NCBI GenBank assembly: GCA_028534125.1
Contig: CM052816.1
Location: 96,040,001-96,104,000 of the forward strand
Reading direction: 5' to 3'
Length of the DNA: 64,000 bases
From: Lama glama
Taxonomy: Eukaryota
The notes below the pieces were generated by a model. That model did not search any database, was not told the origin of the DNA, and was given only the letters and a program-made list of their open reading frames with translations. A program made the position numbers and the translations under genes. Below are positions 63,445 to 64,000 of this stretch, in pieces; within the stretch, counting starts at the first letter, position 1, and each line of letters starts with the position of its first letter.

Positions 63445-63570
63445 GGTGTTAATTTACACCTTTAAAAATATTGCATTGAAATGTTATCTTGATTGCTGAA
63501 TTTTTTGACACCCTCTTAAATTTCGCACTCTAGGCGAGGACCTCACTTGCCTGACTCTCGTCCCAGCTCT
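63445..63570. mobile_element. MER53-like hAT fragment
   Basis: aaatattgcattgaaatgttatcttgattgctgaatttttgacaccctcttaaatt...ggcgaggacctcacttgcctgactctcgtcccagctct. Confidence 0.7.
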
Positions 63571-64000
63571 TGCTGTTTTGCAAAATTGAGTCTGTTAGTA
63601 AGGAAGAGAACTGTTGGGCGACGCGCCTGGTCTCCAGAGCCGAGTGATGGGTTCTGTTGTATCTATCCCATGAATAAATCCTTACATGTGCTTCATGGAA
63701 TATTTTATACTCTAAAACTCTGGTGGATAAACAAAGTATGGACTCTTATCTTGAATTTATTTCTGAACAAGCAGTAACACACAGTACCTTTATCTATTGA
63801 AAAACTGACTAGACACTCTCTTGACAGGAACCAGAACCCTTTCCCCTAGCAGATAGTTCCCAGCCAAGTCTGAGATACCAGGAGAAGAGCAGGAATTTCT
63901 CATTTCTGCATTTTCTCATATTTTAAAAGAAGTATTGTCAAATGACTTGAAACTTAAAAGATGATTTATGAAAACATTGAGAGACTAGAAAGAGCTGTTG

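Noticed and set aside
45313..64000. Next SEMA5A coding exon (EIGPWLREF...)
   Set aside because: No matching sequence seen; presumably downstream of the window.
1..64000. CRISPR array, operon or other novel multi-gene system
   Set aside because: No regularly spaced repeat-spacer array or gene cluster; the content is explained by mammalian intron, one exon and known repeat classes.

Overview
Mammalian genomic DNA, very probably camelid: it carries tRNA-Ala-derived Vic-1-type SINEs and camelid/artiodactyl-type L1 3' tails. The window lies inside SEMA5A on the + strand. I can support one exon, 45116-45312, which has 76 nt of 5' UTR with a short uORF, the ATG at 45192, and codons for MKGPCVIAWLFSSLGWWRLAQPETDTSQCQRAEHPVISYK, ending at a phase-1 GT donor. 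Everything else is intron: decayed L1/L2/MIR, MLT/LTR33 solo LTRs, MER DNA-transposon relics, simple repeats and two 500-N placeholder gaps. One gap interrupts a young antisense L1 bounded by a perfect 17-bp target-site duplication. Almost all other ORFs in the track are spurious. I found no convincing novel multi-gene system. The best second-look items are the young L1, the uORF, a 42-bp locally copied segment at an L1 tail, an old local duplicate, and several enhancer/alternative-promoter or recursive-splice-like motif clusters. Repeat family names and the human comparison come from recall, not from a search, and repeat boundaries are approximate.
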